Shown here: in pieces, positions 19,515 to 29,442 of the stretch
How the letters are laid out: every line of letters starts with the position of its first letter
How positions within the stretch are numbered: position 1 is the first letter of the stretch
Source: Nitrosopumilus sp.
Lineage (GTDB): Archaea; Thermoproteota; Nitrososphaeria; Nitrososphaerales; Nitrosopumilaceae
Reading direction: 5' to 3'
DNA length: 64,000 bases
Assembly: GCA_965249555.1 (NCBI GenBank)
Contig: OZ252243.1
Coordinates: 1,472,001 to 1,536,000, forward strand
Notes under the pieces: generated by a model
Database searches by the model: none
Seen by the model: only the letters and a program-made list of their open reading frames with translations
What the model was told of the DNA's origin: nothing
Program-made: the position numbers and the translations under genes

Positions 19515-20015
19515 GGCTTTATTCCAATCAATCACTGTGATTGATGGTGTACCTGGTAGTTTTACACATGCTCCATGCAGTGCTTTTCTTGCTGCAGCTA
19601 AATGATCACTACCATTAACGTATAATTCCATTATGCATTGACCTTGTCTTACTCTGGCGCCTAAACTTGTGGCTTTGCCCCATGATCTTCTCATTCCCTC
19701 TGAAATTCTATCTGCACCTGCAGTTGCAATCTGTTTGTTTTCTCTTAAAAGATTGTGTGGGTAAATTCTTAATCTAGAATAATAACCTGTTTCTCCAGTT
19801 GTCTTCTCTAATGTTTTGTTTGCTGCCAATCTGGTTGATTCGATTGCCATGTGTCTGATCTGAAGTTTTTCATTTAGACTTAATTGAACACAATACTGGT
19901 ATGTTCCTCTTTTGCCACCTTGAAATTTTGCAATTTTAATTTGTGGCTTACCTTTGATGTACTCTTTTCTGGTAAAGACTTGTCCTCTTCCAGCCCTGTA
20001 ATTTGCACCATGCAT
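19506..20015 (-). CDS. rpl10e: 50S ribosomal protein uL16 (L10e)
   Basis: LRENK..AGADRISEGMRRSWGK signature. Confidence 0.97.
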   Translation of the reverse strand: MHGANYRAGRGQVFTRKEYIKGKPQIKIAKFQGGKRGTYQYCVQLSLNEKLQIRHMAIESTRLAANKTLEKTTGETGYYSRLRIYPHNLLRENKQIATAGADRISEGMRRSWGKATSLGARVRQGQCIMELYVNGSDHLAAARKALHGACVKLPGTPSITVIDWNKASP

Positions 20016-20114
20016 GATATCCTCAAACCAGAATGCCCATATTTTAACGGTTAACCAAGCACTTCTTCGTGCTTTCCAATGCTTATATGGAAATCCTTTG
20101 GCTTTCTCTTCATT

Positions 20115-20678
20115 ATGGAAGAAACTCCTTTGGTTAAGGGCCAGATAATTTCAGGTCAAACTTGTATATCTGATAAGAAAATGATTCATGAACTTGAACA
20201 AAAGGGATATGGGGAAATTGAAAAAGAAAAATTATTTCTCAAACAATTTGAGACTCTATACTTACTATATGCTAAAAGACTAATTCTAAAGAAAGGAAAA
20301 AAGCAGATCGATTTTAATTCCTTCATGAATCTTTCCCAAAAACTAGACTCTGAAATTCTAACCAAATTTTTGATATATCGTGATCTTCGAAATCGTGGCT
20401 ATGTTGTAAAAGATGGATTTGGTTTTGGTTCTGACTTTAGAGTTTATGAGCGAGGACACTTTGGCGAAAAGGGAGCAAAATTTCTAATCTTTGGTCTTAA
20501 TGAGGGACAACAAGAAAAGATGGGTAATCTGCAAAAAAAGATTGAAGAGATAACTCAAATGGGAAAAGAACCAATTATTGCAGTAATTGAACGTCGTGGT
20601 GAGGTTATCTACTACAAAATCAATAAAATGAATTTCTATGAAAACAAAGCTAGATTAGAAGAGTCATTTCAACTCTAA
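20115..20678 (+). CDS. endA: tRNA-splicing endonuclease catalytic subunit
   Basis: YRDLRNRGYVVK.G..FGSDFRVY..G. Confidence 0.92.
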   Translation: MEETPLVKGQIISGQTCISDKKMIHELEQKGYGEIEKEKLFLKQFETLYLLYAKRLILKKGKKQIDFNSFMNLSQKLDSEILTKFLIYRDLRNRGYVVKDGFGFGSDFRVYERGHFGEKGAKFLIFGLNEGQQEKMGNLQKKIEEITQMGKEPIIAVIERRGEVIYYKINKMNFYENKARLEESFQL

Positions 20679-21334
20679 TCTTGCAATACCCACTCTGATG
20701 AATATTTTAAAAGATTATTTTTTATTGCATACATAAAATCATAAACTTGTACATATTTTGTCTTGTTCTCCCACAGTTCCTCAAAATCTTTTACCTTTCT
20801 TTCAACCCTTGATTTGTCATTCCATGAAGTAAACACATCTACTGATTCAAAATCTATTGTTTGAGTGGAGAATGATTCACTGGATGTACCAGTAAATGCA
20901 ACAATTTGATTATCCTCATCTCTGAATATCCCAATTCTCTCTGAGAATGAATTTGCAACTTCTTCTGAATTTGGGATTGCAATTTTTAGTTCAATTTGAC
21001 CATTATCAAAAAATTTTGCAATTTTTTCAATTTTTGTGTTTTTGATTTGGTTTCCTTCAAATGATTTTGTATATTTTTCATCAAAGAGTTTTGTAAATAA
21101 GTTAAGATCTGCTGCTTTGAATCTATGTCCAGTAACTATTCGTAATTTTGCCTTACCCATAACAAAATTATCAAATGCCATAGATATTGTAGCTAATGTC
21201 TGAATCGACAAAAAGTCAACGCATCTATCATACTCTATACAATTACTCAGACAAGGAAAGAAAAATTCTGATGCAATATCATTTCTATCTGAACGATATT
21301 CTTCTTGAAGTTCAATCTCTCTTAGCCCCAACAA
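20675..21334 (-). CDS. Stand-alone PLD-like domain (Res/helicase N-terminal type), catalytic motif degenerate
   Basis: EYRS..DI..EFF.PCL, FSERIGIFRD, FTGTSSES, FE.LW. Confidence 0.7.
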   Translation of the reverse strand: MLGLREIELQEEYRSDRNDIASEFFFPCLSNCIEYDRCVDFLSIQTLATISMAFDNFVMGKAKLRIVTGHRFKAADLNLFTKLFDEKYTKSFEGNQIKNTKIEKIAKFFDNGQIELKIAIPNSEEVANSFSERIGIFRDEDNQIVAFTGTSSESFSTQTIDFESVDVFTSWNDKSRVERKVKDFEELWENKTKYVQVYDFMYAIKNNLLKYSSEWVLQD

Positions 21335-21529
21335 TAGTTAATCATAATTTTGTTATTTAAAGAAACTATTTTGAAATCCATCCATTTCCACCAGAATGGA
21401 TTAACATCGATCAAATAAATTCAAAGAGTGAATCTTCTGTTTTAATAAACAATAAAGTAATTTCATGAAATAATACTTCAAGTAAGTAATACCTGAAGAG
21501 TTTAGTACTAGTACAAAATTAACTATAAT

Positions 21530-21946
21530 GTGCCTCCTTTTTGTAGACCTAAAACATTTACATATAATTTTAATAAAAAAGTAGAGATCAAAGCTATTCG
21601 TAAATTACAACGCAAGGCAATCCCTGAAGGAATTTCAAAACCAAAGAAAAATCAATTGTTGATAGGAAGTTGGAATATAGCAAATTTTGATGTCCAAGAA
21701 AGAATAAATTCTTGTTATAATTTGATTGCAGAAATCATAAAACCATTTGATCTAATCGCCATACAAGAAGTTAATGCCAATATGACTGGTTTGAAAAAAA
21801 TCATGAAGATATTAAAAAGAACTCATGTATGCGTATTCAGCGATACGGGAGGAAACAAGGAACGGATGACATACATCTACAACCCCAAACGATTAGAATT
21901 GTTAACTATATCTGAATTCCTTCTTTTTATATTCACATATAGTTAA
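21530..21946 (+). pseudogene. Endonuclease/exonuclease/phosphatase (EEP) protein, 3'-truncated
   Basis: SWNIANF, DLIAIQEV, ER..YIY; stops at an inverted repeat (21900-21948). Confidence 0.75.
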
Positions 21947-22123
21947 CAGTGTAGAAAAATTGGTTCTGTTAAGTTAGTGTGTGTTAGGTGAAAATTTTAC
22001 ACTGTCCAAAACTCGGGGTTTTCTAAGCTGGTGGCAAGTTAGGGATTTCTAGTGTAAAGTTGGGGAGCTACAATGATCGCAATAATACAATCTCCTTAAA
22101 TTATTGTAAGTGAAAGATACTGT

Positions 22124-22375
22124 ATGGTAATACCACTATTGATAGTTGCAGGACTATCATATCTTGCAGGTGAAACATACAAAAGATATGCCACATCAAA
22201 ACAAAAAAGAAAATGGCAAAATATTGCAAAAATGCATCATGGTGAATCTGGACTTTTAATGACAGGCGCGGGATTGTTAACAAAATCTCCAAATCTGACA
22301 GCTTCAGGAATTGGTTTAATGTTGCATGACCACAAAGATTACAAAAAATGGTTTACTGGCGATAAAAGAAGTTAG
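22124..22375 (+). CDS. Small membrane-associated hypothetical protein
   Basis: 83 aa; hydrophobic N-terminus; HHG and HD motifs. Confidence 0.55.
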   Translation: MVIPLLIVAGLSYLAGETYKRYATSKQKRKWQNIAKMHHGESGLLMTGAGLLTKSPNLTASGIGLMLHDHKDYKKWFTGDKRS

Positions 22376-22445
22376 TTAATAAATATAATTGTTAGATGTT
22401 TAGCCAAAAAAGGCGATTAGAAAGAGATATCGTGAGGTGGTAAAT

Positions 22446-22604
22446 ATGATATCACTAAAGCAGTTGCAAAGAGTAGCAGTAATTATTGCATCGTTTACTA
22501 CTACAATTTGTCTAGTCATAGAGGTAATTTTACCTCTATTTTACAAGCAAAAAATTATTGAATTGAATATTTTCAACAAGGTTTTTGTACTTTCTCACGA
22601 ATAA
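22446..22604 (+). CDS. Putative 52-aa single-TM peptide (not in ORF track)
   Basis: GAGGTG Shine-Dalgarno-like site upstream; MISLKQLQRVAVIIASFTTTICLVIEVILPLFYKQ... Confidence 0.35.
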   Translation: MISLKQLQRVAVIIASFTTTICLVIEVILPLFYKQKIIELNIFNKVFVLSHE

Positions 22605-22930
22605 TTTTTTGTTCTTTTCTCAACCACTCTTTTTCTAAAATAAGATTTTTTATCTCCTTTGTAACAGTATTCATTACCGAATCATCTTTTGGAATGGGAA
22701 GTTTGATTTCGTAAAGTCGTTTTCCTAATGTATCTATTACATCTCTTGTAAATTGTTTGGAGCGAATCTGGTTTTGGACAGATGGAAAGACTGAATGATA
22801 TGATAAGAGACAGGAGAAAAATATTCAGAGAGAATGGACACTGGCAATATTTTCAAGAGTTATTTTTAATTTTAGATACAGTCTTTGTACTGATAAGATC
22901 GAGATATCTTTATCAGCATTCCTTGTTAAT
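22574..22930 (-). pseudogene. Remnant of an HsdS-like TRD (C-terminus of an N6-MTase/S fusion)
   Basis: Minus strand reads SVQNQIRSKQFTRDVIDTLGKRLYEIKLPIPKDD...; upstream part disrupted. Confidence 0.55.
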
Positions 22931-23125
22931 GATATTTGTTTTTACAAGAGAATCTATTTGATTTTAAATTATTTGTTCTAAATTTTTTTCATCAATTAAT
23001 AATTCAACAAATATGCATAAATCTTTACTATACCTCCCACTAATTTACTATTTTTTATATATTCAGAAATAATATTTTTGAAATAAGGAAAAGATTTAAG
23101 CTCATATTTCTTTTACAATTATTAC

Positions 23126-23587
23126 ATGTCGTATCAACGAAAGCAATTTGAATATACATTACCTATACGTGAAATTCAAAAATCTGATGCAGAACAGAGA
23201 TTTATTAATGAACTTTTACCAATTAATAATATTGATTTAGCCCATCTAGTTGAAAATAATATTGGCAAACGGTATGTCATGGTATATGACCTTGATGGAA
23301 AAGTTATGGCTTTTTTGACATTTATTGATTCAGATAATCATTTTCATTTGGATCTAGTTGAAACAAATCAAATACATCCTGAATCTGATCAATTAAACCC
23401 TGGTATTGCATTGATTATTACATTAGAGGGGATGTCTAGAACTTTTGGATTTGATCGTATTACATTGCATTCCATACCAGAACGTATTTCATTATACCAA
23501 AGTCTTGATTATACCATTACTGGAGAATCTGAATACAATTCAGATTATAATATGATGTTGACCCCAATGACTAAATCTCTTACATAG
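23126..23587 (+). CDS. GNAT-fold acetyltransferase
   Basis: FHLDLVE...PGIALI...GFDRITLHS.....SLYQSLDY pattern. Confidence 0.7.
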   Translation: MSYQRKQFEYTLPIREIQKSDAEQRFINELLPINNIDLAHLVENNIGKRYVMVYDLDGKVMAFLTFIDSDNHFHLDLVETNQIHPESDQLNPGIALIITLEGMSRTFGFDRITLHSIPERISLYQSLDYTITGESEYNSDYNMMLTPMTKSLT

Positions 23588-23816
23588 ATTGTAATACTTT
23601 GGAATTATTATGAACAGGAATTGGTTTTGTTCCTTTTACCATTGAAGATGGCATTGGAGTTTCTCTAAGTATTCTAAGGGTTTTGATAACTTCTGGATGC
23701 TCTCTTAGCATTATTTCTAAAAGACCAGACATACTTTCTTGTCTGGATGATACAAGTATTCCTAATACAGAATCCAATTCAACACTAAAGTTAACAGTTC
23801 TGTGTGGTTTTGTCAT
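23580..23816 (-). CDS. Ribbon-helix-helix protein
   Basis: MTKPHRTVNFSVELDSVL......ESMSGLLEIMLREHP. Confidence 0.6.
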   Translation of the reverse strand: MTKPHRTVNFSVELDSVLGILVSSRQESMSGLLEIMLREHPEVIKTLRILRETPMPSSMVKGTKPIPVHNNSKVLQSM

Positions 23817-23861
23817 ATTATAGTATGTGTATAGTATGACTATAAACATATCTCATGCCTG

Positions 23862-24005
23862 TACTCTCATACGAAATCCTCTCCAATTACTGCGGCTAAG
23901 TGTGCTTTGCTGAATCAGGACACATCTGCACTGTGCGACGATGCAAGTTCTGCATATGCGATTAGTTTTTCTGCCGTTGCAAATGATGCAAAGTCAGTCC
24001 ATTGT
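23862..24005 (-). pseudogene. IS110-family remnant (transposase fragment plus 3' end)
   Basis: DFASFATAEKLIAYAELA resembles IS110 D..RF.S...L..YAGL; 23862-23926 is an inverted homolog of 27199-27270. Confidence 0.65.
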
Positions 24006-24362
24006 TTTTGTGAAATATTCCATGATAATCTAGGGCAGTAGGTACCCAATCATCTATTCTTTAAATTACTGTACAAGTCATTCTATAACTAGTTTAATTT
24101 TTAACAATGGTCGATATAAAAAATAAAGAAATCATTGCTCAGAGTATAGAAATTCCAGTGTTAAAAGAGAGTTTTTTAGCAAAAGGTGCTGAATTGGTTC
24201 AACAAAATATAACGCGTTGAAAGTAAAATTCAAAATTATGAGACAAGGTCGTTGAAAAATTACTAAAATTCAAAATCTATTTGTTAAGTGCCCTTTATCC
24301 AATGTCGTAACAAATCCATTTATTGATTATAAACCCTCTGAAAAAAGGTTTTGTCATCCTAG

Positions 24363-24519
24363 CATAATATAGAGATGCGGATCTTCTCTCTGAATTGAAT
24401 TTCATGCTGAACTTTCCCCATACAGATCACCAAAACTATACAGTACATATTTTGGGAAATTCCGACTTGATAGTATTCAAGAATTTTTTATATCACTTCT
24501 GACCAGGGGTTTTTTCAAG
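24363..24519 (+). mobile_element. MITE-like repeat, partial copy A
   Basis: Near-identical to the internal part of 29081-29337 and 30447-30706. Confidence 0.85.
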
Positions 24520-24613
24520 TTCAATTCTTAATGAATCAATGTTCTCTTTATCAATCCATACTTTATATTTTTGTTTCAATGCTGAAATCTGTAATCATTT
24601 TACAATATAAAAA

Positions 24614-24919
24614 TTAAATATCAACTAAAATTTCCAAAGAAGATAGACTACCAACCGTCTTTTTCATTATTTCATTTTTAATAATGTCCATTTCTTTTAT
24701 AGAATTAAAAGATATTTCAAAATAAATATCAACATTATTTTTTTTATTTTTTGGAATCAATATTTCATTTAGTTTAATATTATGTTCATCAAAAATATGT
24801 TCTATGATATTAATTACAAGTGAACAAGTTTTTTGGTTTTCTCTTGTCATATCCTGTTTCCGTACATCGGAATATGCAACTTCAATAGTTGCTGCTATTG
24901 GTTTTTGTAATACACTCAT
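24614..24919 (-). CDS. Hypothetical protein
   Basis: 101-aa ATG ORF. Confidence 0.5.
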   Translation of the reverse strand: MSVLQKPIAATIEVAYSDVRKQDMTRENQKTCSLVINIIEHIFDEHNIKLNEILIPKNKKNNVDIYFEISFNSIKEMDIIKNEIMKKTVGSLSSLEILVDI

Positions 24920-25113
24920 ACTTTTTCTAAAATATTATTTGCCCCTGCATTAACTATTATCTCATTGATTCTAATTTTGTAAATTTGTCTCATTTTCATC
25001 TTTGCTCGAATTTTAATCACTAAAATTAGTTTGATTTAAAAGTATTGATTTACAAGACAAAAAGTTATTTGAGACTTGGGCATAATGATTTACAAAAAAA
25101 CCAAGACTTTTCT

Positions 25114-26130
25114 CTAACAACAAAGCATTCTTTTCACAATCCTTGGATTCCCACTTCCAATTACACAATTATAATACACTGCCAACTGATACACCAGCAC
25201 GCAAATCAGCACGAATGATTGTACGTTCTCAAATCCTTTCACCGGAACTGTTCTAATGTTAAACGTATCCTTGATTATCTCAAAGAGTGGTTCAATTGAT
25301 ATTTTTCTCTGAGAATATAATTTCCGACCAACTGCTGAATTGTAAAACCCTATCAACTTTATTCTGGCTGGCGGCGTAGACGGGTATTTTTTGACCGGAC
25401 AGATTAATCTCATGGCATTATTCTTAGTTGACTCGTATAGTTTGGAATCATCATATGCCGGATCACACAGTATGTTATTCATCAATCCAGAAAGTGACCC
25501 AATCAATTTCTCATATGGCTTGCTATCATGGACATTTGCAGTAGTTACACATGCAGATAATGGAACAACCAGTCTTCCCGTACTGCAACTCATGTGTAGT
25601 TTGTATCCATACACCCAACCCTTTGATTTGGAGAATCCCCACTTGGCATTTGTGTCAATTCCTGCAATTGGTAGGTGATTCTTTTTGATGTCTGATTTGT
25701 GCCATACTGGACCTGAAGCTTTTAGCATTGAACTATCAACTGATGCTGATTCACTATTCACCAATCCTTCTGAGACAAACAAATTTCCTACAGTGCTAAT
25801 AATTTCATTGATTGGCAAGCATTGAAATCTTCTGTCAATTGTCCTTCTGTCAGGGATTTGGTTTAATCTGCAAACCTTGAGTAATTTGTCATTGGCACAT
25901 TTGATTGAGAGAAAATAATGCAGTGTGTTGTTACTTGGAATTCTCATCCATGACTTTACGATGAATAACTGAACCATCAGAACAGTTGAATAGACATATG
26001 GCCGTCCTCGTCTCACTGCATTCTCATACAGATATAGTGTTCCAACCAGATACAAAATACTAATAAGAAATGACTCACATAGAATCTTGTCAGGGATTTT
26101 TATTTGTTTTGTAATCATTCCAATGAACAA
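25114..26130 (-). CDS. DDE transposase, IS982/IS5-like
   Basis: SVDSS, WGFS..KGWVYGYKLH, ANVHD, DPAYD, Y..R..IE..F..IK. Confidence 0.9.
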   Translation of the reverse strand: MFIGMITKQIKIPDKILCESFLISILYLVGTLYLYENAVRRGRPYVYSTVLMVQLFIVKSWMRIPSNNTLHYFLSIKCANDKLLKVCRLNQIPDRRTIDRRFQCLPINEIISTVGNLFVSEGLVNSESASVDSSMLKASGPVWHKSDIKKNHLPIAGIDTNAKWGFSKSKGWVYGYKLHMSCSTGRLVVPLSACVTTANVHDSKPYEKLIGSLSGLMNNILCDPAYDDSKLYESTKNNAMRLICPVKKYPSTPPARIKLIGFYNSAVGRKLYSQRKISIEPLFEIIKDTFNIRTVPVKGFENVQSFVLICVLVYQLAVYYNCVIGSGNPRIVKRMLCC

Positions 26131-26217
26131 AACATAATGAGATCCTTGGCTTTTTCTATTTGAATAATTTGAGAAATCGGTTAAAAATTAGAATGGATTA
26201 TGCTCATCTATGTGGTA

Positions 26218-26344
26218 TTTTGTTTTCCGCTTACTTTGAGTTAGTCTGTTAAACGCCCTTGTACATGGCAGTATCCATTCAACTCTCAGGCCCAACAGTA
26301 GGTATACATCACAAGATATGAAAAAGATTTCGTATAACGTCTGT
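26218..26344 (-). repeat. Inverted copy of 26947-27074
   Basis: ~127-bp imperfect inverted repeat. Confidence 0.85.
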
Positions 26345-26439
26345 GTAATTAAAAGTGAAAATCCAAGGACTGCGAAAAGAATGCTTTGCTGTTAGAGAAA
26401 AGTCTTGGTTTTTTTGTAAATCATTATGCCCAAGCCTCA
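26342..26439 (+). mobile_element. Isolated 3' end of the IS982-like element, inverted
   Basis: Inverted homolog of 25070-25167 (encodes ...KRMLCC* followed by ATTATGCCCAAGCCTC). Confidence 0.85.
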
Positions 26440-26946
26440 GTTATTTACAAAATCCCCCACAAACGTGTTTTTCAACGTATTTTGTTAACCTGTGTGTTAA
26501 AAAAACTTTTGATCATTACCCGATCTTGGATTTTTATTTTCTACAACTCATACACAAATATGGCCTTTGATACCTACATTTTTTTAATATCGGCATTGCA
26601 AAACACTTCTCGCACCAAATCACATCTTTAGGACGTGGAGTCTCTTCTGGAGCAATCAGTTTGTTTAGTGTGATGAAATCCTTATCTGCTTGGAGTACTC
26701 CTAGTCGAACCAATTTGATTAATGATTTTTGTTGGTTAGAAAACCATTTGTAAAAGTCTTGTAGGAATAAATGGGTAAAGTACTATTAATTGAATTATTA
26801 TTGGTTTTTCAGGGTCAAATTCAGGTAAGGTTAGAATGTCATTGATTGCATTGTGTAAAGTATCCAATGTTTTTTCTTCATTATCCCAATCCAATAAAAA
26901 ATAATAAAAAACTTAGTATTTGTAAGTTTGTCCCCTCAACAAGTTA

Positions 26947-27270
26947 ACAGACGTTATACGAAATCTTTTTCATATCTTGTGATGTATACCTACTGTTGGG
27001 CCTGAGAGTTGAAAGGTTACTGCCATGTACAAGGGTGTTTCACAGACTAACTCAAAGAGAAGAGGAAAACAAAAGGCAAAGGTGGCAGCTGCAAGGTCTG
27101 ATGCTTGCAATAATCCGGGTACATGCTAACTCTGAAAGTGTATCGTACACAAAATCATGAACTGACACAACGAAAGTATAAGATGCAAGGCATATCTGAG
27201 ATGTCCTGATTCAGCAAAGCACACTAGGAAGTGTCCTCAGTAGGGTTGGAGACGATTTCGTATGGGAGTA
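26947..27270 (+). pseudogene. IS110-family transposase C-terminal remnant plus 3' end
   Basis: Frameshifted KRRGKQKAKVAAAR...YML...YRTQN.EL..RKYK. Confidence 0.7.
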
Positions 27271-27395
27271 TTCAAGAATTTTTTATATCACTTCTGACCA
27301 GGGGTTTTTTCAAGGGGGTCGGGCAATCTTGAGAAGATCCATATTTGTCACTTCTGACCACTATCTATGCTAGATCACCAGAACTGACCAGAGCC
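27267..27395 (+). mobile_element. MITE-like repeat, partial copy B (right half with TIR)
   Basis: Matches the right half of the full copies; ends AGATCACCAGAACTGACCAGAGCC. Confidence 0.88.
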
Positions 27396-27681
27396 AACAA
27401 TTTCCTCTTCCATCTTATGATCTAATCTACAAGTATTATGATGCCGGAAGTAAAAGGATTCATCGAGGTATTCCAGGTACAGAATTTGAAATAATACAAT
27501 CCATCAGAACAGTTTCTGATTTTATTGATGCACTAAAAACCATCAATGTTTCAAAAAAAGAGGTATTAGAATTTAAGAAAAATTGTAAGTTGGTAGATTG
27601 ATTTTTCTGTGATTTTATCTAGTAATTTTAATGACTGAAATTATGTAGTAACAATGATTCCAAAATATCGTATCTTAACTT

Positions 27682-27718
27682 ATTTCGCATAATTGCGACT
27701 CGCATAAATGCGAAATAT
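27682..27718 (+). repeat. 37-bp palindromic direct repeat upstream of the ATPase gene
   Basis: ATTTCGCATAATTGCGACTCGCATAAATGCGAAATAT; 36/37 identical to 28885-28921. Confidence 0.92.
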
Positions 27719-27746
27719 TATATATTATTGTGCCTAGATTAGACTA

Positions 27747-28883
27747 ATGAAGACAAACCCCTTTGTATTTGGAACCATAGTTAGTGGTGAAAATTTTGCT
27801 GGTAGAAAAAATGAAATAAATGAACTAACTCGTGATTTAGCAGGCAAAACCAATCTTATCATATTTTCTCCTAGACGATATGGAAAAACCTCTTTGATGT
27901 TTAAGGTGATGGATAAGTTGAAAAAACAAGGAATAGTTTGTGTTTATGTTGATCTATACCCTGCAGTTACAAAAGAAAAATTTGCAAATATCCTTGCAAG
28001 TTCTATTGCAAAGGCAAAAGCTGGAAAAATAGATGAAATAATTCAAATAATTAAAGATCTAATTCCACCAATAAAACTCACCGTAAGATCTGAGGATGTT
28101 GATGTTGGAATTGAATTAGAACTTTCAAAAGGAAAAGAGGACATTGATGCAAGTCTGACAAAACTTTATGATCTCCCTGAAAGAGTTGCAAAAAAAATGA
28201 AAAAGAAACTGGTAGTAGTATTTGATGAATTTCAAGAAATCACAAAACTTGATGGACAGGAAATAGAGACTAACATAAGATCAAAATTGCAACAACACAA
28301 AAATGTCTCATATGTCTTTATGGGAAGTCAGAGGCATTTACTAGACCAAATGTTTAATGATAAAAACAGACCTCTTTATCGTGCTGGAAAACCATTTAAT
28401 CTCAGTAGACTTGCTGAAGAAGAATTTTCTAATTTCATAAAAGAACGATTCAAAGCAGGTGGAATTACGGTATCAAAGGAGGTAATATCACAAATTCTAC
28501 AATTAACCCAATGTCATCCATACTATACACAACAAATTTGTCATGAGATATGGAATCAATGTATGTCACAAGAAAAGAAAAGTGTAGAAGAAGATGACAT
28601 TACTCAGGCAAAAGAACAGGTTTTGAAAAATCAAAACTATGCATATACTTCCATGTGGGATTCCACTAAGGGAAAACAAAGGGCATTACTACATGCAATG
28701 GCAATATCTGGTGAGAAAAATATTTTTTCAACTGATTTTAGAGAAAAATATCGTCTAGGTGCATCCTCTACTGTGGCAAGGGCAGTTGAATATCTTGAAG
28801 AGAAAGGACTCGTTGAAAAAAATAGTAGTGACTATGTCATTTCTGATGCTTTTTTTCAAGAATGGATAAAACGAATTAGTTAA
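27747..28883 (+). CDS. Archaeal-type AAA+ ATPase (ATPase_2) with C-terminal wHTH
   Basis: NPF..G, FAGR..E, SPRRYGKT, VVFDEFQ, HPYYTQ, D.FF.EWI. Confidence 0.9.
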   Translation: MKTNPFVFGTIVSGENFAGRKNEINELTRDLAGKTNLIIFSPRRYGKTSLMFKVMDKLKKQGIVCVYVDLYPAVTKEKFANILASSIAKAKAGKIDEIIQIIKDLIPPIKLTVRSEDVDVGIELELSKGKEDIDASLTKLYDLPERVAKKMKKKLVVVFDEFQEITKLDGQEIETNIRSKLQQHKNVSYVFMGSQRHLLDQMFNDKNRPLYRAGKPFNLSRLAEEEFSNFIKERFKAGGITVSKEVISQILQLTQCHPYYTQQICHEIWNQCMSQEKKSVEEDDITQAKEQVLKNQNYAYTSMWDSTKGKQRALLHAMAISGEKNIFSTDFREKYRLGASSTVARAVEYLEEKGLVEKNSSDYVISDAFFQEWIKRIS

Positions 28884-28884
28884 C

Positions 28885-28921
28885 ATTTCGCATAATTGTG
28901 ACTCGCATAAATGCGAAATAT
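28885..28921 (+). repeat. 37-bp palindromic direct repeat downstream of the ATPase gene
   Basis: Begins 2 bp after the stop codon. Confidence 0.92.
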
Positions 28922-29080
28922 AATAAAATTTGTGACTGAAATTATGCAATTTTTTTGGATAATGATATAATTGACTATCTGATTTAGTCGTCAGTTTCTT
29001 CAACTAGAGTCCAAATTTTCTTTAGGGGTAATTCTGCTTTAATGGAATCATCTAATTTTTCATAACTTCGAAGAATTTCT

Positions 29081-29337
29081 GGCTCTGGTCAATCTAGGTG
29101 ATCTGACATAATATGGAGATGCGGATCTCTCTGAATTGAATTTCATGCTGAACTTTCCCCATACAGATCACCAAAACTATACAGTACATATTTTGGGAAA
29201 TTCTGATTGGTAGTATTCAAGAATTTTTTATATCACTTCTGACCAGGGGTTTTTTCAAGGGGATCGGGCAATCTTGAGAAGATCCATATTTGTCACTTCT
29301 GACCACTATCTATACTAGATCACCAGAACTGAGAGCC
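29081..29337 (+). mobile_element. MITE-like element, full copy C
   Basis: Imperfect ~24-bp TIRs GGCTCTGGTCA-N5-GGTGATCT; no ORF. Confidence 0.88.
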
Positions 29338-29442
29338 GGTCATGCTGGCTATAATATCTAAGATCTCATTTTACTCGTTAACTTGATAATTATAATATCT
29401 TCATCATCAAAGGTTCCAAACACTAGACTTTTCAAGATCATA

